A stretch of 64,000 bases of DNA from contig OZ242220.1 in NCBI GenBank assembly GCA_965206745.1, positions 1,536,001 to 1,600,000 on the forward strand. Reading direction: 5' to 3'. This document shows positions 45,301 through 50,517 of this stretch, piece after piece (within the stretch, counting starts at the first letter, position 1; each line of letters begins with the position of its first letter). The position numbers and the translations under genes are program-made. The notes beneath the pieces were generated by a model, which saw only the letters and a list, made by a program, of their open reading frames with translations, had not been told where the DNA came from and ran no database searches. This DNA is from Nitrosopumilus sp. Its GTDB lineage: Archaea > Thermoproteota > Nitrososphaeria > Nitrososphaerales > Nitrosopumilaceae.

Positions 45301-45960
45301 TAGACTTTTACCGCCAGTAGTTACTGTTTGTACTGCAAAGACATAAGCAGTATCAGGGTCCAAATTTTGAACAGTAAGTTCGGTGGCTGACGTTCTGTGA
45401 ACAAGCGTACCCTGTATGATTTCATAAGTGTTCAAGGTTCCACCGTTCAGGTTTGGTTGTGTCCACGATAAGGTTAATGAATTGCTTGTAACATCAGAGA
45501 CGGATAAATCAGTAATTGGTTCAGATGGTACACCGACAGTAATATCTGGCAGTGGCAGTGGAGGGTTAACAATCCTAAGTTTCACCTCTGGGAATCCTGA
45601 TGTGAGATGATTAGAATCAAGCTTCTCCACTATGTCGAATTCTAGCACATACGACCCAGTGTCAAAACCCGTAGGATCCCAAGCCAGAACACCATTATCG
45701 TCAATGGTTATTGTGAAACCATCATCATAAAAAAAAAGAGAACCATCATCATTATCGAGTAGCCGATAAGGCGACCATAAATAATCAGAGGCGGTACCGC
45801 TACCGGCAAATTCTAACTGATGTGTGGTGGTTCCACCTAGTACGAACTCGAGGGGTTCATCGGGAGTGGTATAACTATGGTCAGCAAACGCAGAAGGAGC
45901 CACAACGACAAGCGAAAATACAACAAATAGTGCAAAAAGCAACACCAATGCATTGTTCAT
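30304..45960 (-). CDS. Giant 5218-aa secreted surface protein (FN3 x3, many cadherin-like/putative-Ig repeats, low-complexity inserts, distinct C-terminal domain)
   Basis: Signal peptide ending APSAFA. Repeated N..P.I...D.DG....W...A.ID..TG.F.WTP....FTV.D units. A TTATATA box lies at about 45982-45988. Confidence 0.9.
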   Translation of the reverse strand: MNNALVLLFALFVVFSLVVVAPSAFADHSYTTPDEPLEFVLGGTTTHQLEFAGSGTASDYLWSPYRLLDNDDGSLFFYDDGFTITIDDNGVLAWDPTGFDTGSYVLEFDIVEKLDSNHLTSGFPEVKLRIVNPPLPLPDITVGVPSEPITDLSVSDVTSNSLTLSWTQPNLNGGTLNTYEIIQGTLVHRTSATELTVQNLDPDTAYVFAVQTVTTGGKSLPSNLLRTSTASLVTADPIDDLAATAITNTGLTLSWTVPELHGQTLDAYEVVSTLSDGTVVDTSRTSETTYTVTGLNPGIDYFFAVRTITDNGAASPLGGIIGITTTAVKPSSVDDLTATNIGQTTLRLEWTQPDLHGSALGLYRITSTTPHGPPPGGSLLDITSSTFYEVDGLNPDTEYSYRVAARTDAGFSGGNVVLDTKTLPLVAEERAVSGQTDGANNHPVVDPLLDRFIKAYDEYEIITFTLNGTDADDANEVLVWSFVDNSTGTADATLNPDSGLFVWIPDSEDGGTTVQFNFTATDTNGQASDVPLTVNFEINDMTVVRTGSDRFADFVLADYSHSIFEGEPIPSLSSIVSDIGDISDGSIQYTIIDRGGIPGYVEDGLNGDSGEFGIPFGFNFVGDASTSRTLNFQWQYTNSDGESDPISSTLIVKNNPQRPSLNFEVSEGGPFIDLSLFTPLSGSPNIRSVTITEGSTQNSFNLLQYLTGSLVPSDGSFNFDQLPRGTNGIAFPVNPAGDTSLIPPVIVNSADDRIVFDLEWQIFDIGAQMIGQYTDTITINNLDVVPTVTVPSDAPSTVISSSIPECTSLCTTDSTITIEVVGTDGDGSFIVSYEVDPRPGNAAIDPTTGVFTWAPSPDDIGLHEFTFTVTDSAGQTATAPHSIFVTLPPFDTSMSHILAEGFEIPPLSQAFSESSLADVTFRIVSGEVTRGNTLGNFNLTQYLIDSLYTNNGTFRNFANLERDPLINPELFVNAIPFDVVESGIDDRGIRNTVEYGYIWSYTIDGIETEVSSRLSIADAPAPPTITVPSNAPMTVIVDSPITIDVDASDIDGGTLEYSVDRTPGNAAIDPTTGVFTWTPDSTQSPGPLEFTFTVTDNTDNTDSVTHEITVVDVTPFVHTVSEGQPLTDLSSVFSHSVSGLTYRIISGEVTTGNLEGSFNLTQYLIDSLSTSDGSFSLAALPDGTVGIPFNILSDAGTGSLVYEFVWGYTIDGIETEQTAILTISDTPVGPTATVPTVTVPSDALSEINIGSMVTITLRGTGDTLAYDVDPKPSNAAIDSSGVFTWTPTAMDIGLHEFTFTVTDSSSTTAMAPHSIFVTIPPSSLDSTVSEGDSLTDLSSVFSFVPSDLTFRIVSGEVTTGTLRGDFNLTRYLQDSLYTNNGTFRNFAYLGSDAVNLIIPELLVNAVPSDVIESGAPNVVYDYTWSYTIDGIETEQTARLTISDTPNDPTITLLSPATIQVTNGTAVSVRLIASDPDDNEVLTFSVDPDTALGASIDSDGIFRWTPTEDHIRVHDFTFTVTDSTGRTGTTTLEITVVNSITLPDINPYNRDVNEGSTIPPLSLEVDHSGALPSGIRYDIMAPEPGRINRTAYLPQTIINSLDHSTGEFGVTFPFDTTDPGSNGQAYAFTWTYQDDNNDLVQFGAHLLVRDRPDPDASSPTTVTFDPYNVVVFEQREIPSLSSVANLPNDHSPQTDSRYRIVSNGNLPQNILDALYGVPGTDNDFNARDARFNSTDGSFGIGTTSGHSAIQFPFDTTNGDDRVFTFTWRYTDGVTTYGDFDATITVVNTDQPPVIGPINFRTQIDSSEQVRFTLNGTDADDDDDIMWHITNSSVARILGEIGPSALDVNNENPLDITAFDHEIVYPQNTTRLNEMLTDLGVTLGQSSGVFTWTPQAEHVDEIYTFEFAAYTIRQDDPTTVLNETLRYPFGTDLTDNVPDDPVPNDLDTPNIDESLFTVSSASTVSHQFVISEPNTPPTIAVPDDAPAALYDIPALFEPDTLSFDTSLSINLEYSDDDGDPLLEWELLNATLFTFTPNTDPANIRNVTTHHLNVTTTVIDGTTITTTGSTTVIDGSTTLIDGTTATINGKTIAKDGSTVTIDGTIITLDGTTVAINGATATPSITTTTTRDDIARTTTTVTTTTTVINGITTNTVSTTITEERMRNFIITYDDRTAALQSNLNPDNGTFRWTPNDGDAGNGDIAKSMRFQFNATDARGADSNIFYDLPIFSSSEILPTFDSYDEDIIEGNQTVFFSSLVTPPTLIPTGDDYTPRSADEVLNPDGPPVQNPIFLLSESGFDRIDNVTSYADLFDVSYELVDIGGLPPSFAARFNPTIGSFLVPHDTVPLGGNPVDYTFTWRHISANATSVPLTATLTVHDSGLPEIRLYNEVTSEGALIPSFFNPADPLIRYNPPLNSDPDILLEEIRDLNVDIQILPDFTLPNPAIPLPPNTRVLPDYIIDSLNSSNGYFDTTVSFPYDLIGDADADGDGDVDENDVITYLFAWTYEDDNTRGSLDPNEPLVNYTGRLIVRNGNEPPVIEPSNTFTDACLQIIDDQIVFIKRTEETVNGEIVITFSTVERSDLTLVDSVCETVEDIPEIVEGIPTQVIAGDHFINEVTPIEPITFTLTASDPDGSDSDLSWRISNTTEVIANIGEGRPSTNPANDPAIVTAHNLDLEIVRHDDDYLGATLDPTIGATTTFTWTPTIDMIDRTFIFEFELNDLPGLLPGFGTRDTNGDLIPGSTIRGVTGTDFVSYVFNILERNDPPIIEPLSSDTTRLIELSETFVGQPIQLDLVANDPEDRGVTWSLDYVVTTFTEGLIEKTVFTLDDNGTPGDTSDDRNVPARHPNGTIITEQVLGAIPTIRNDIPVDAVIAPDTGVFTWTPGSEHSNALVDFTFTATDSDLLSSTLSHALTVFDPVFTIYDMAVVEGQIVPSLGEAVSYPFGLEPTSFDLRFEIRSGGTLPDHIRNSLYANNGSFGNIDTNVLGGSLANTFPVTTIADNTKGDFTIVTTRDEFGRNNTVAVFDTPKEIEIFDFTFRYHIGDTFYDRPSQVRVSNDDGSVFAHPDDPEYVGPNPRLPEFGEYRATVFESDVDEVVFLVTLPDGTLFTDSTGRIIMLRDGTYITYPPNTPFTDSDGRFIPHPDSVIVDPQSFSLDGTVLPYVRAPDGGIISAIPPLSDAVTNRPENPIPTGVQYRILPPVELTREQQAVLDSDPTAFAIIANLTRDDRSDVIDGLDDTGHFAVPFPLDTVDPPGPGETVRDAAKVFFFIWEYSDEHGGVSRGQPAFITVLHRNERPVIDIPTETLTEERLTQLIEALNLVTSTFDLRFNEPGTRVNPDTGRVRPAPSILLDNPTFVVGEDLTSIQLEPSTVTLPDGTVKSFSYIPGNFSAGETVSFTLEGFDPDNNADLEWSVETNVTSFIDDANIGNDGIDNVNARWFSTVDDVGARIDQNSGVFTWMPGPEHVQRTMPVDNGLFEHRNAAITFTFYLSEPRNIPAGVDPEADCTLSPPDTTDTLPPASTSRQCPDGGARSEPVSVAFVIPNRAPVIDTVSSVSITRDVLVCPALQDEERDPSGVCTTETVSNDPALITQDVLVCPTLQNGDRDPSGVCTTETVSSDNISVTRNILVCETLENGARDPRGECETKAVSITQDVLVCPTLENGDRDPSSVCTTETVSVPRDVLTCPTLENGDRDPSGVCTTEIGTFVEGPTKIQVIGPDVLPDMLNANELVAFTLSGSDLDGHTLTWSVTSDPPTDGTIDADSGRFSWTPTQADINNGVRFEFLLTDQYGVESDPVYHEFTTPNRAPTIDPISDTVNTEPRVGELVAFTLRGSDPDGDELTWRIGDIRSATQLAEKSVLLIQPPSAPGDSAVIITNPTPRDIGGFFLSAAEKESLYQYILSYNADSALYNGRGIDQVVYAAGTTITLPDNSDIIIRLAGVFASLGVDDSGATFDEGTQAFSWTPRLQDHDTILQFKFGVTDSRTYSDDPSRIQNFTSSIFTTISQNFTVPHLIKLPSAFEDSDRTKSVDEPFRFVFEPIVADPTGFKFGLLTNSCDQVGASGIDADNGTFRWTPAPTDGGAICQVAISLTAPSTDPNDPETSFVATRIFALFVNPHIPFSPYELTVSEGADLPSLSRAAADVGDDLYVYDIIGGNLPTYITDSFDTASGDFSATFRHDTTNPEGSKTNPVGPKTYTFTYTVGNPGIVYVLDENGDIISDILLDEDNPVLDEEGNPVLDEDNPVLDEEGNPVLDEEGNPVLNPVLNPVLDEEGNPVTRLRTAFTTDLPDRTCQTFDTRSGLCDNIESPSDVPRQLPGVRAPEISTQSGIITVIDSDDDLVTGTNDLAILLPDPFRFTLERQANVGDPFNFTFTPVNTITRDAQWFLENDDCNIDTANILGGKFSWIPTVEDEGKICHITLVLYDDLSVDTSVLRACVDPNDRVRESCEIIQNTTDTRAVLAEQRCNGASYDSSESCKIRVDAVLSEPICRDVSFKTVEICTDVIEGTLIDGVPQSPYTIREQCVTIEESFADQCQDQIVGSPEFTERSRNIAVDFNIMVPPTDSAAQTNPLVLGVTNVAGDGLLHLPLSAEELPPGLPAFNTARAMGPDDNPVLVRDILLNVVEFQFEACEPSSATLCPPRNYDSSNGEFNIQLVPVMNTDTDVSLNADDVSFEIISVVHDGMIIDNFGTPPLNPDTTVPRLGVSIPSPGITISPSAASLSDLELPIGLGFADEVFGVLSWPTPPHSLSGESFEIQIRVTDDASGEVLDAILFVTVVDNLEPKLKFASRLQPNTLMFPDELQSDDNPVGTDSPFVSVVDANPNPPIKMDCIRLNATTYIDALQRERSSGMVMDIDGTVISNGDFLPLGYNYIACDVVDNGLNIDFEIGRVLVAYGSGGSSNEWKKKPTFGQSWEISSSQLVTDGFTFNGYTLDITDNWHTDFTRTSSIIGETNSVAMKAYAADGFRYVTLSLGVPEIGAASDAETDIILMLNRNYDNPNDYDITEIIHEQKESLVDESKTTATVSKVECSPGSKLDCHSFGIDFKVNAPLKSDVMAISAVDSKRRSTVTYVNEGVEFTGDSLLAPSTYSIVQKKTNQGPAEIVTLTQQDRRYNIWEDDSGYLWTQNDHGSWFSITAPDMERFTDGAVNVMTRMHSNFGKLMDHEEQKATAIFNASKLVSVPGQTFSYDYLGEKDEISKMVKLAEELHIEQGKAQKIMELLK
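33143..33305 (-). repeat. Coding minisatellite of 24/21/12-bp units encoding (LDEEGNPV)/(LDEDNPV)/(LNPV)
   Basis: tagtactggattaccttcttcatc and deletion variants occur in tandem. Confidence 0.9.
34860..35320 (-). repeat. Five two-Cys repeats VLVCPTLENGDRDPSGVCTTETVS
   Basis: Visible in both protein and DNA (recurring ggggtcacgg and tctgttgtacatacac). Confidence 0.9.
39490..39810 (-). repeat. Thr-rich low-complexity region with T(T/V)IDG repeats
   Basis: Recurring gccgtctatgactgtggttg-like units. The protein reads TTTVIDGTTITTTGSTTVIDGSTTLIDG... Confidence 0.8.
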
Positions 45961-46580
45961 ACAATTAACGCAATGTATCTCTATATAAGCTATTTGTGAG
46001 AATTACACCCAAAAAACGGTTTAAAAAAATAGGCATACACACCCCAACACTATTTGATCTGTACATCATGCCTAAAATCAGAAAAATCAAGACACCCATG
46101 TCTGAAAATCGCACCACCTCACAAAAAACCCTCTGGGATCCATCCACAATATGGGATCAATCTCCCAAAAAAAGCCACATCTCCCGATCAAAATTGTACA
46201 ATTCCACAAAAAAAGGGGCGTTACAGAATCCCTCCACGCCTATCCCATAAAAGAGACCTGCCTTTGCAAAAAAACCCCTTAATACAGAACCTTCAGCGCA
46301 GGCAGTCACCATACAAAAAAACACAAAAACAGCATTGAAACAAAGAGATCCCTAAACCTCACCCGACACAAGAACCAACACCTACAGTGACAAAATTACA
46401 CAACAGACCCATGATGCAGTTTCTGAGACACCAGAGCATAATATTTTAAAAAAATCTCAAAACAGATTCAAGTACAAAAAAACCAAGGGTGACAAATCAC
46501 TCAAGATACCAGAACATTACAAAGCCGGCAAAGAACATCAGAGAACCAAAAGACACCAGAGCAAAAAATACGTGACCTGA

Positions 46581-46644
46581 CAATCCTACCAAACCCGGCA
46601 GCAGTGAGACTACTCACCTGACAGGCAGGCCGGTGTGGGAAAGG
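46581..46644. promoter_or_regulatory. Fold-back element A upstream of the leading-region-like genes
   Basis: An outer stem ccggc/gccgg, imperfectly extendable, encloses the hairpin gtgag-acta-ctcac. It shares ccaaacccg...gcagcagtg...actca...ggtgtg with element B. Function is inferred. Confidence 0.4.
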
Positions 46645-46886
46645 AAGAATTTTTCCAGACGCAACATACCGCAGATTACCACTGCGTCCGCACAGCTATA
46701 TCACTTGCAACATCGTAAAAAGGATGGGGCAAAAGCAGGATTTCTCGACATGGATGATGAAGATTGCCTGCACACCGCGATGAAATTTGTTAACATTCTG
46801 GCACATGCCGGAGATCCGGTGACGACATCGACTATTCACGGACAGGACAAACAACATGAAAAGAGTTCGGCGTTTGGAGAGAGACC

Positions 46887-47639
46887 TTGCGAGGTATAAA
46901 AAATATGAACAGAAAAACTCAAAGCAAAAAGATCCAAAAAACCACAATTCATACAGTACGAAACTACCTTGAGCAGATGCTTGAGACCCGGGGCAAAAGA
47001 TGCAACATAAGATACGTCACAGCAGACTCTAAAACAGCATTCAGGCTGCAGGACGGATTCGTAGGTACCATGCACAAAGACAGGCTCTCATTTTGGAGCA
47101 GGCCCATCAAAAGACTCGGACACAAAAAGCCGCAGAACACCAAAAGGATACGTGTCAATTCCATCCGGATCCAAGAGGCCACCTGCTGCAAAAAATGTCA
47201 CACATGGAGGAGTCCGGCAGCGATAAGCAGGTGCAGCTGCGGAGGATACCTTGTCCCAAGAAAGAGGTTTCACACCGGAACACTAGAGTCCTGGGATGCA
47301 GAGTATCTCGAGGTCCGGTCGGCACAGAGGGATGCTAAAATGGCAAGGAGAATAGAGGGCACCCCAAGAAAGCAGAGATATTCCCCAAGGGGAATATCAG
47401 GCATGCTTGCAGGAATCTCATCAGAGCAGACAGAAACAGACTGCACCGGAGTGGCCCTTGTGCCAAGGGGCAACAGGATAGTGAAGGTCCCAGAAAAAGA
47501 GGATGTAAAGAGATGCAGCCTCTTCTTCAAGGCTACAATGTATCGCAAAGGCAGGAGACTTGCAGCAGCAGAGATACGGGAGATTCTCAGTCCTGACCAA
47601 GGGAGGACAGATCAGATGCAGGGACTCATCCCCAGGTGA
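46887..47639 (+). CDS. Basic hypothetical protein with a Zn-ribbon (CKKC...CSCGG)
   Basis: 250-aa ORF, likely starting at the ATG near 46905. It has two Cys pairs. Confidence 0.65.
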   Translation: MRGIKNMNRKTQSKKIQKTTIHTVRNYLEQMLETRGKRCNIRYVTADSKTAFRLQDGFVGTMHKDRLSFWSRPIKRLGHKKPQNTKRIRVNSIRIQEATCCKKCHTWRSPAAISRCSCGGYLVPRKRFHTGTLESWDAEYLEVRSAQRDAKMARRIEGTPRKQRYSPRGISGMLAGISSEQTETDCTGVALVPRGNRIVKVPEKEDVKRCSLFFKATMYRKGRRLAAAEIREILSPDQGRTDQMQGLIPR

Positions 47640-47761
47640 TTAATACCAGAAATTCGAGTCCCCAAAACCCTGCAAAGAACCAAGATTTGCCTGAAACCCA
47701 TCAGATATAACAGACCAGCACCGAATACAAGGCAGACCAGGCAAATTTGACTGAGCCCAGG

Positions 47762-47820
47762 CAATCCAAACCCGCAATACTGCAGCAGTGCAGCCGACTC
47801 AGCGGACGGGTGTGAGATTG
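47762..47820. promoter_or_regulatory. Fold-back element B upstream of the ArdC-like operon
   Basis: caatccaaacccg pairs imperfectly with cgggtgtgagattg and encloses the hairpins ctgca/tgcag and ccg/cgg. A 10-bp inverted repeat follows: ccagctgtac (47846-47855) and gtacagctgg (47902-47911). Confidence 0.4.
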
Positions 47821-48007
47821 ACAGATCACAGGATCAAGTTCCCAGCCAGCTGTACAGTGTCATTCAAAGAGTTTCACAGGACAGATGGCAGCAGGGGAAT
47901 CGTACAGCTGGAGACGTTACTACCAGTATCAAGGAGGTTGATGCCCAAATGGCACAACAAAACACAGACACCGCACCGCGTGCGGATTATACAGGGACAG
48001 GACTGTA

Positions 48008-48967
48008 ATGGGATACACCCACTACTATTACGTCTCAGGAGAGTTTGACGCAGAAGCATTTGGCAGGGTGACATCTGATTTTATAAAGATGCTCCCACCG
48101 CTAAGGCACCTCGGCGTGAGACTGGCTGACGGACTGGGCATGGGGGATCCCACCATATCCCAGACTGAGATAAGGTTCAACGGACCAGAAAAATGCGGAC
48201 ACCAAAAGCGGCAGCTTGGGATCACGTGGCCTGCAAAGTCAGCATCAGGGATTGCTAAAAACAGCATCCGGTGTACACTAGAGGAGCTGACAAGCTCGTC
48301 ATGGTTTGCAGGCGCAGAACTACAAAGCAGGGCGTGCGGAGGGGACTGCTCGCATGAGACCTTTGCACTTGAGCAGAAACTTGACACCCTCATGCAGAGA
48401 TACGACGGCAGCACCTACGAACTGCAGGCGCAGGGCAAATACAGGGGATATGCAGACCCTGACGGGACCCACCAGAGGAATCCTGCAGACGAGGTGGGAA
48501 AGTACTTTCAGTGCACAAAGACGGCATACAAGCCCTATGACCTGGCAGTTACGGTATGCCTTGTGATTGCAAAGTACCACCTAAAAGAGTCGATTGTTAT
48601 CCACTCTGATGGCACCATGGAGAACTGGGAAGAGGCAATGCAGCTGTGCCAGCACTTTCTGGGGTACGGCAGGGACTTTTCCCTGGATGAGGACCCTCCA
48701 GATGAGCAGTACATCCTCTACTCTGATCCGGAAAAATCATGGCTGAGGGTGACGTATCAGGAACTGAAATCACTGGGAATAGCAGATGCCATCTCAGGGA
48801 ATAGTCACCGCAAAGAAGAGTACGCATACCTTGCAGGGGACTGCGATGCGAGACTCTTCATTGCAGCAAAGGCCAGGGCAGATGCCTCATTTGATCCGGC
48901 AAGGCACATTACAGGGTCTCACACCGATTCAGAATCTGCAATCAGGGGATACAGGGGATACAGATGA
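48008..48967 (+). CDS. Two-domain mobile-element protein (MGYTHY...CKTxxKPYD domain fused to a DP..SWL...YL..DCDA domain)
   Basis: Both motif sets resemble small uncharacterised phage/plasmid proteins (recognised by eye). ATGA overlap with the next gene. Confidence 0.7.
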   Translation: MGYTHYYYVSGEFDAEAFGRVTSDFIKMLPPLRHLGVRLADGLGMGDPTISQTEIRFNGPEKCGHQKRQLGITWPAKSASGIAKNSIRCTLEELTSSSWFAGAELQSRACGGDCSHETFALEQKLDTLMQRYDGSTYELQAQGKYRGYADPDGTHQRNPADEVGKYFQCTKTAYKPYDLAVTVCLVIAKYHLKESIVIHSDGTMENWEEAMQLCQHFLGYGRDFSLDEDPPDEQYILYSDPEKSWLRVTYQELKSLGIADAISGNSHRKEEYAYLAGDCDARLFIAAKARADASFDPARHITGSHTDSESAIRGYRGYR

Positions 48968-49755
48968 ACTCCAAAAAGGCAGAGGAGGTTCTAAGGGGAG
49001 TAATACGCCTCTTCTCAGAGAAGCAGTTCCCAGAGACGTGCGCCAAGGCATTCATTGCAGCCCCGGAGGTGCCCTCGTCATCCTGGTCGCTTGGAAACCA
49101 GATACTGATGCTCTCATCTGGAACATCAGATGCTCGGGGGTACCGCCAGTGGAATAAGGTGTACAGGAACGTCAGGAGGGGTGCCAAGGCAGTCTACATC
49201 CTGGTTCCAATGAGAAGGAGAACAACGGATGAAAAGACAGGGGAAGAAAAGACGATAACTGTCGGGTTTGGCGCAGTGCCTGTATTCCGCTACGAGGACA
49301 CAGAGGGAATGCCACTTGAGCAGTACCGGCCCAAGAGGCTTCCCCCGCTGTTTGGACTTGCAGAGAGAAACGGCATCAGCGTGCAGTGGGCAAACTCGCG
49401 CCACGGGGAGTACGGCTCTATAGACCTTGCAGGGGATGCGATAACCCTCTCAACGGAGTCCGCTGACACGTACCTGCACGAGCTGGTACACTGGTATGAC
49501 AACAAAAACCAAAAGCTAAAGGCAGGACAGGATTCCAAGCAGGAGACGGTGGCGCAGCTCGGCGCATGCGTCCTTGCCAGCATGTACGGGCATGACGCAA
49601 GGGAATACACGTGGAGTTATATCTCCTCGTACTCTGGCACGGACTCGCCTCAAAAGATAGGACAGACGTGCATGAGGGTCCTCTCAAGGGTGCAAAAGGT
49701 GATCAATGCAATCATTGCAGATGCCCAGGAACTGGAGGGGCAAAATGCGACATGA
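48964..49755 (+). CDS. ardC: ArdC-like anti-restriction protein (ssDNA-binding N-domain plus zincin HExxH domain)
   Basis: WSLGNQIL...ARGYRQWNKVYRNVRRGAKAVYILVP...VFRYEDTEG is an ArdC-N pattern. TYLHELVHW...QETVAQLGACVL is the zincin part. Confidence 0.8.
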   Translation: MNSKKAEEVLRGVIRLFSEKQFPETCAKAFIAAPEVPSSSWSLGNQILMLSSGTSDARGYRQWNKVYRNVRRGAKAVYILVPMRRRTTDEKTGEEKTITVGFGAVPVFRYEDTEGMPLEQYRPKRLPPLFGLAERNGISVQWANSRHGEYGSIDLAGDAITLSTESADTYLHELVHWYDNKNQKLKAGQDSKQETVAQLGACVLASMYGHDAREYTWSYISSYSGTDSPQKIGQTCMRVLSRVQKVINAIIADAQELEGQNAT

Positions 49756-49864
49756 CTGCGGCAACTGCCGGCATGACAGGCACATGCACATACTTGGCAT
49801 CGGCGGGTGCCTGCAAAAGGGGTTCGAGGGCAGATACTGCAGGTGCGAGAAATTTGAGGCATGA
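49745..49864 (+). CDS. 39-aa Cys/His micro-protein (MRHDCGNCRHDRHMHILGIGGCLQKGFEGRYCRCEKFEA), putative Zn-binding
   Basis: Not in the ORF track. GGAGGGG lies upstream, it overlaps the ardC stop, and it has a CxxCxH...H...C...CxC pattern. Confidence 0.65.
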   Translation: MRHDCGNCRHDRHMHILGIGGCLQKGFEGRYCRCEKFEA

Positions 49865-50064
49865 TGTGTATCAGGACAGATGGTGCAGGATGGCCGGGCA
49901 TCTCACATGTCATCAGGGGATATCTGCGCTTTCTGCAGAATCATTCCTTGGGAACCATGACGTCTCATCTGGATCTGTCCCCGGTATCAGAATGGTACAG
50001 CAGGGCATGTCACCTCATATGGTTGATGCCGATGGTGCGACACGATACAGATGAATGCAGATGA
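49861..50064 (+). CDS. Possible small hypothetical protein
   Basis: ATGA-coupled to the 39-aa ORF and overlapping the next start. No recognisable motif. Confidence 0.3.
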   Translation: MMCIRTDGAGWPGISHVIRGYLRFLQNHSLGTMTSHLDLSPVSEWYSRACHLIWLMPMVRHDTDECR

Positions 50065-50467
50065 CCGAGGGGATATTCCCCGTCTAGGCCAGACAGACGG
50101 AGTCCCCTTTGATGAGAAGACAATCCACCAGATATGGACAATCCCGTCTGTCGGATTCATCTGGTGTGTTGCAGAACTGGACCATGAAACCGGCAGGGCA
50201 TTTGGGTATGCCAACCTGGGTGATGACCAGATGGCAGAGTGGGGGTATATTGACACAGGCGAGATCAGGGAATGCGGGGCAGAGAGGGTACCTGCAGACC
50301 CCATGCCATTTGGAAAGGTACGGAGAATAGTCAGACCAAGCGATGGGTGCCCCAGATGCGGATCCTGGCAGTACGGATTCCAGAGTATGACAGAGTCCGA
50401 GAATACACCAAGGTCGTGGGTCTGCAGAAACTGCCGACACACTCCACTGAAGGACACCGGATCCTAG
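50051..50467 (+). CDS. DUF2958-like protein with a C-terminal Zn-ribbon
   Basis: W.VAELD....AFGYANLGD...AEWGYI...EI pattern, then CPRC...CRNC. Confidence 0.7.
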   Translation: MNADDRGDIPRLGQTDGVPFDEKTIHQIWTIPSVGFIWCVAELDHETGRAFGYANLGDDQMAEWGYIDTGEIRECGAERVPADPMPFGKVRRIVRPSDGCPRCGSWQYGFQSMTESENTPRSWVCRNCRHTPLKDTGS

Positions 50468-50486
50468 ATCAACCATTCAGAGATCA

Positions 50487-50517
50487 GAGTCGGGGGATCA
50501 TGACCCCCGGCTGACTC
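50487..50517. terminator. GC-rich hairpin at the end of the operon
   Basis: gtcggggg-atcatga-cccccggc, about 20 bp after the stop of 50051-50467. Confidence 0.4.
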
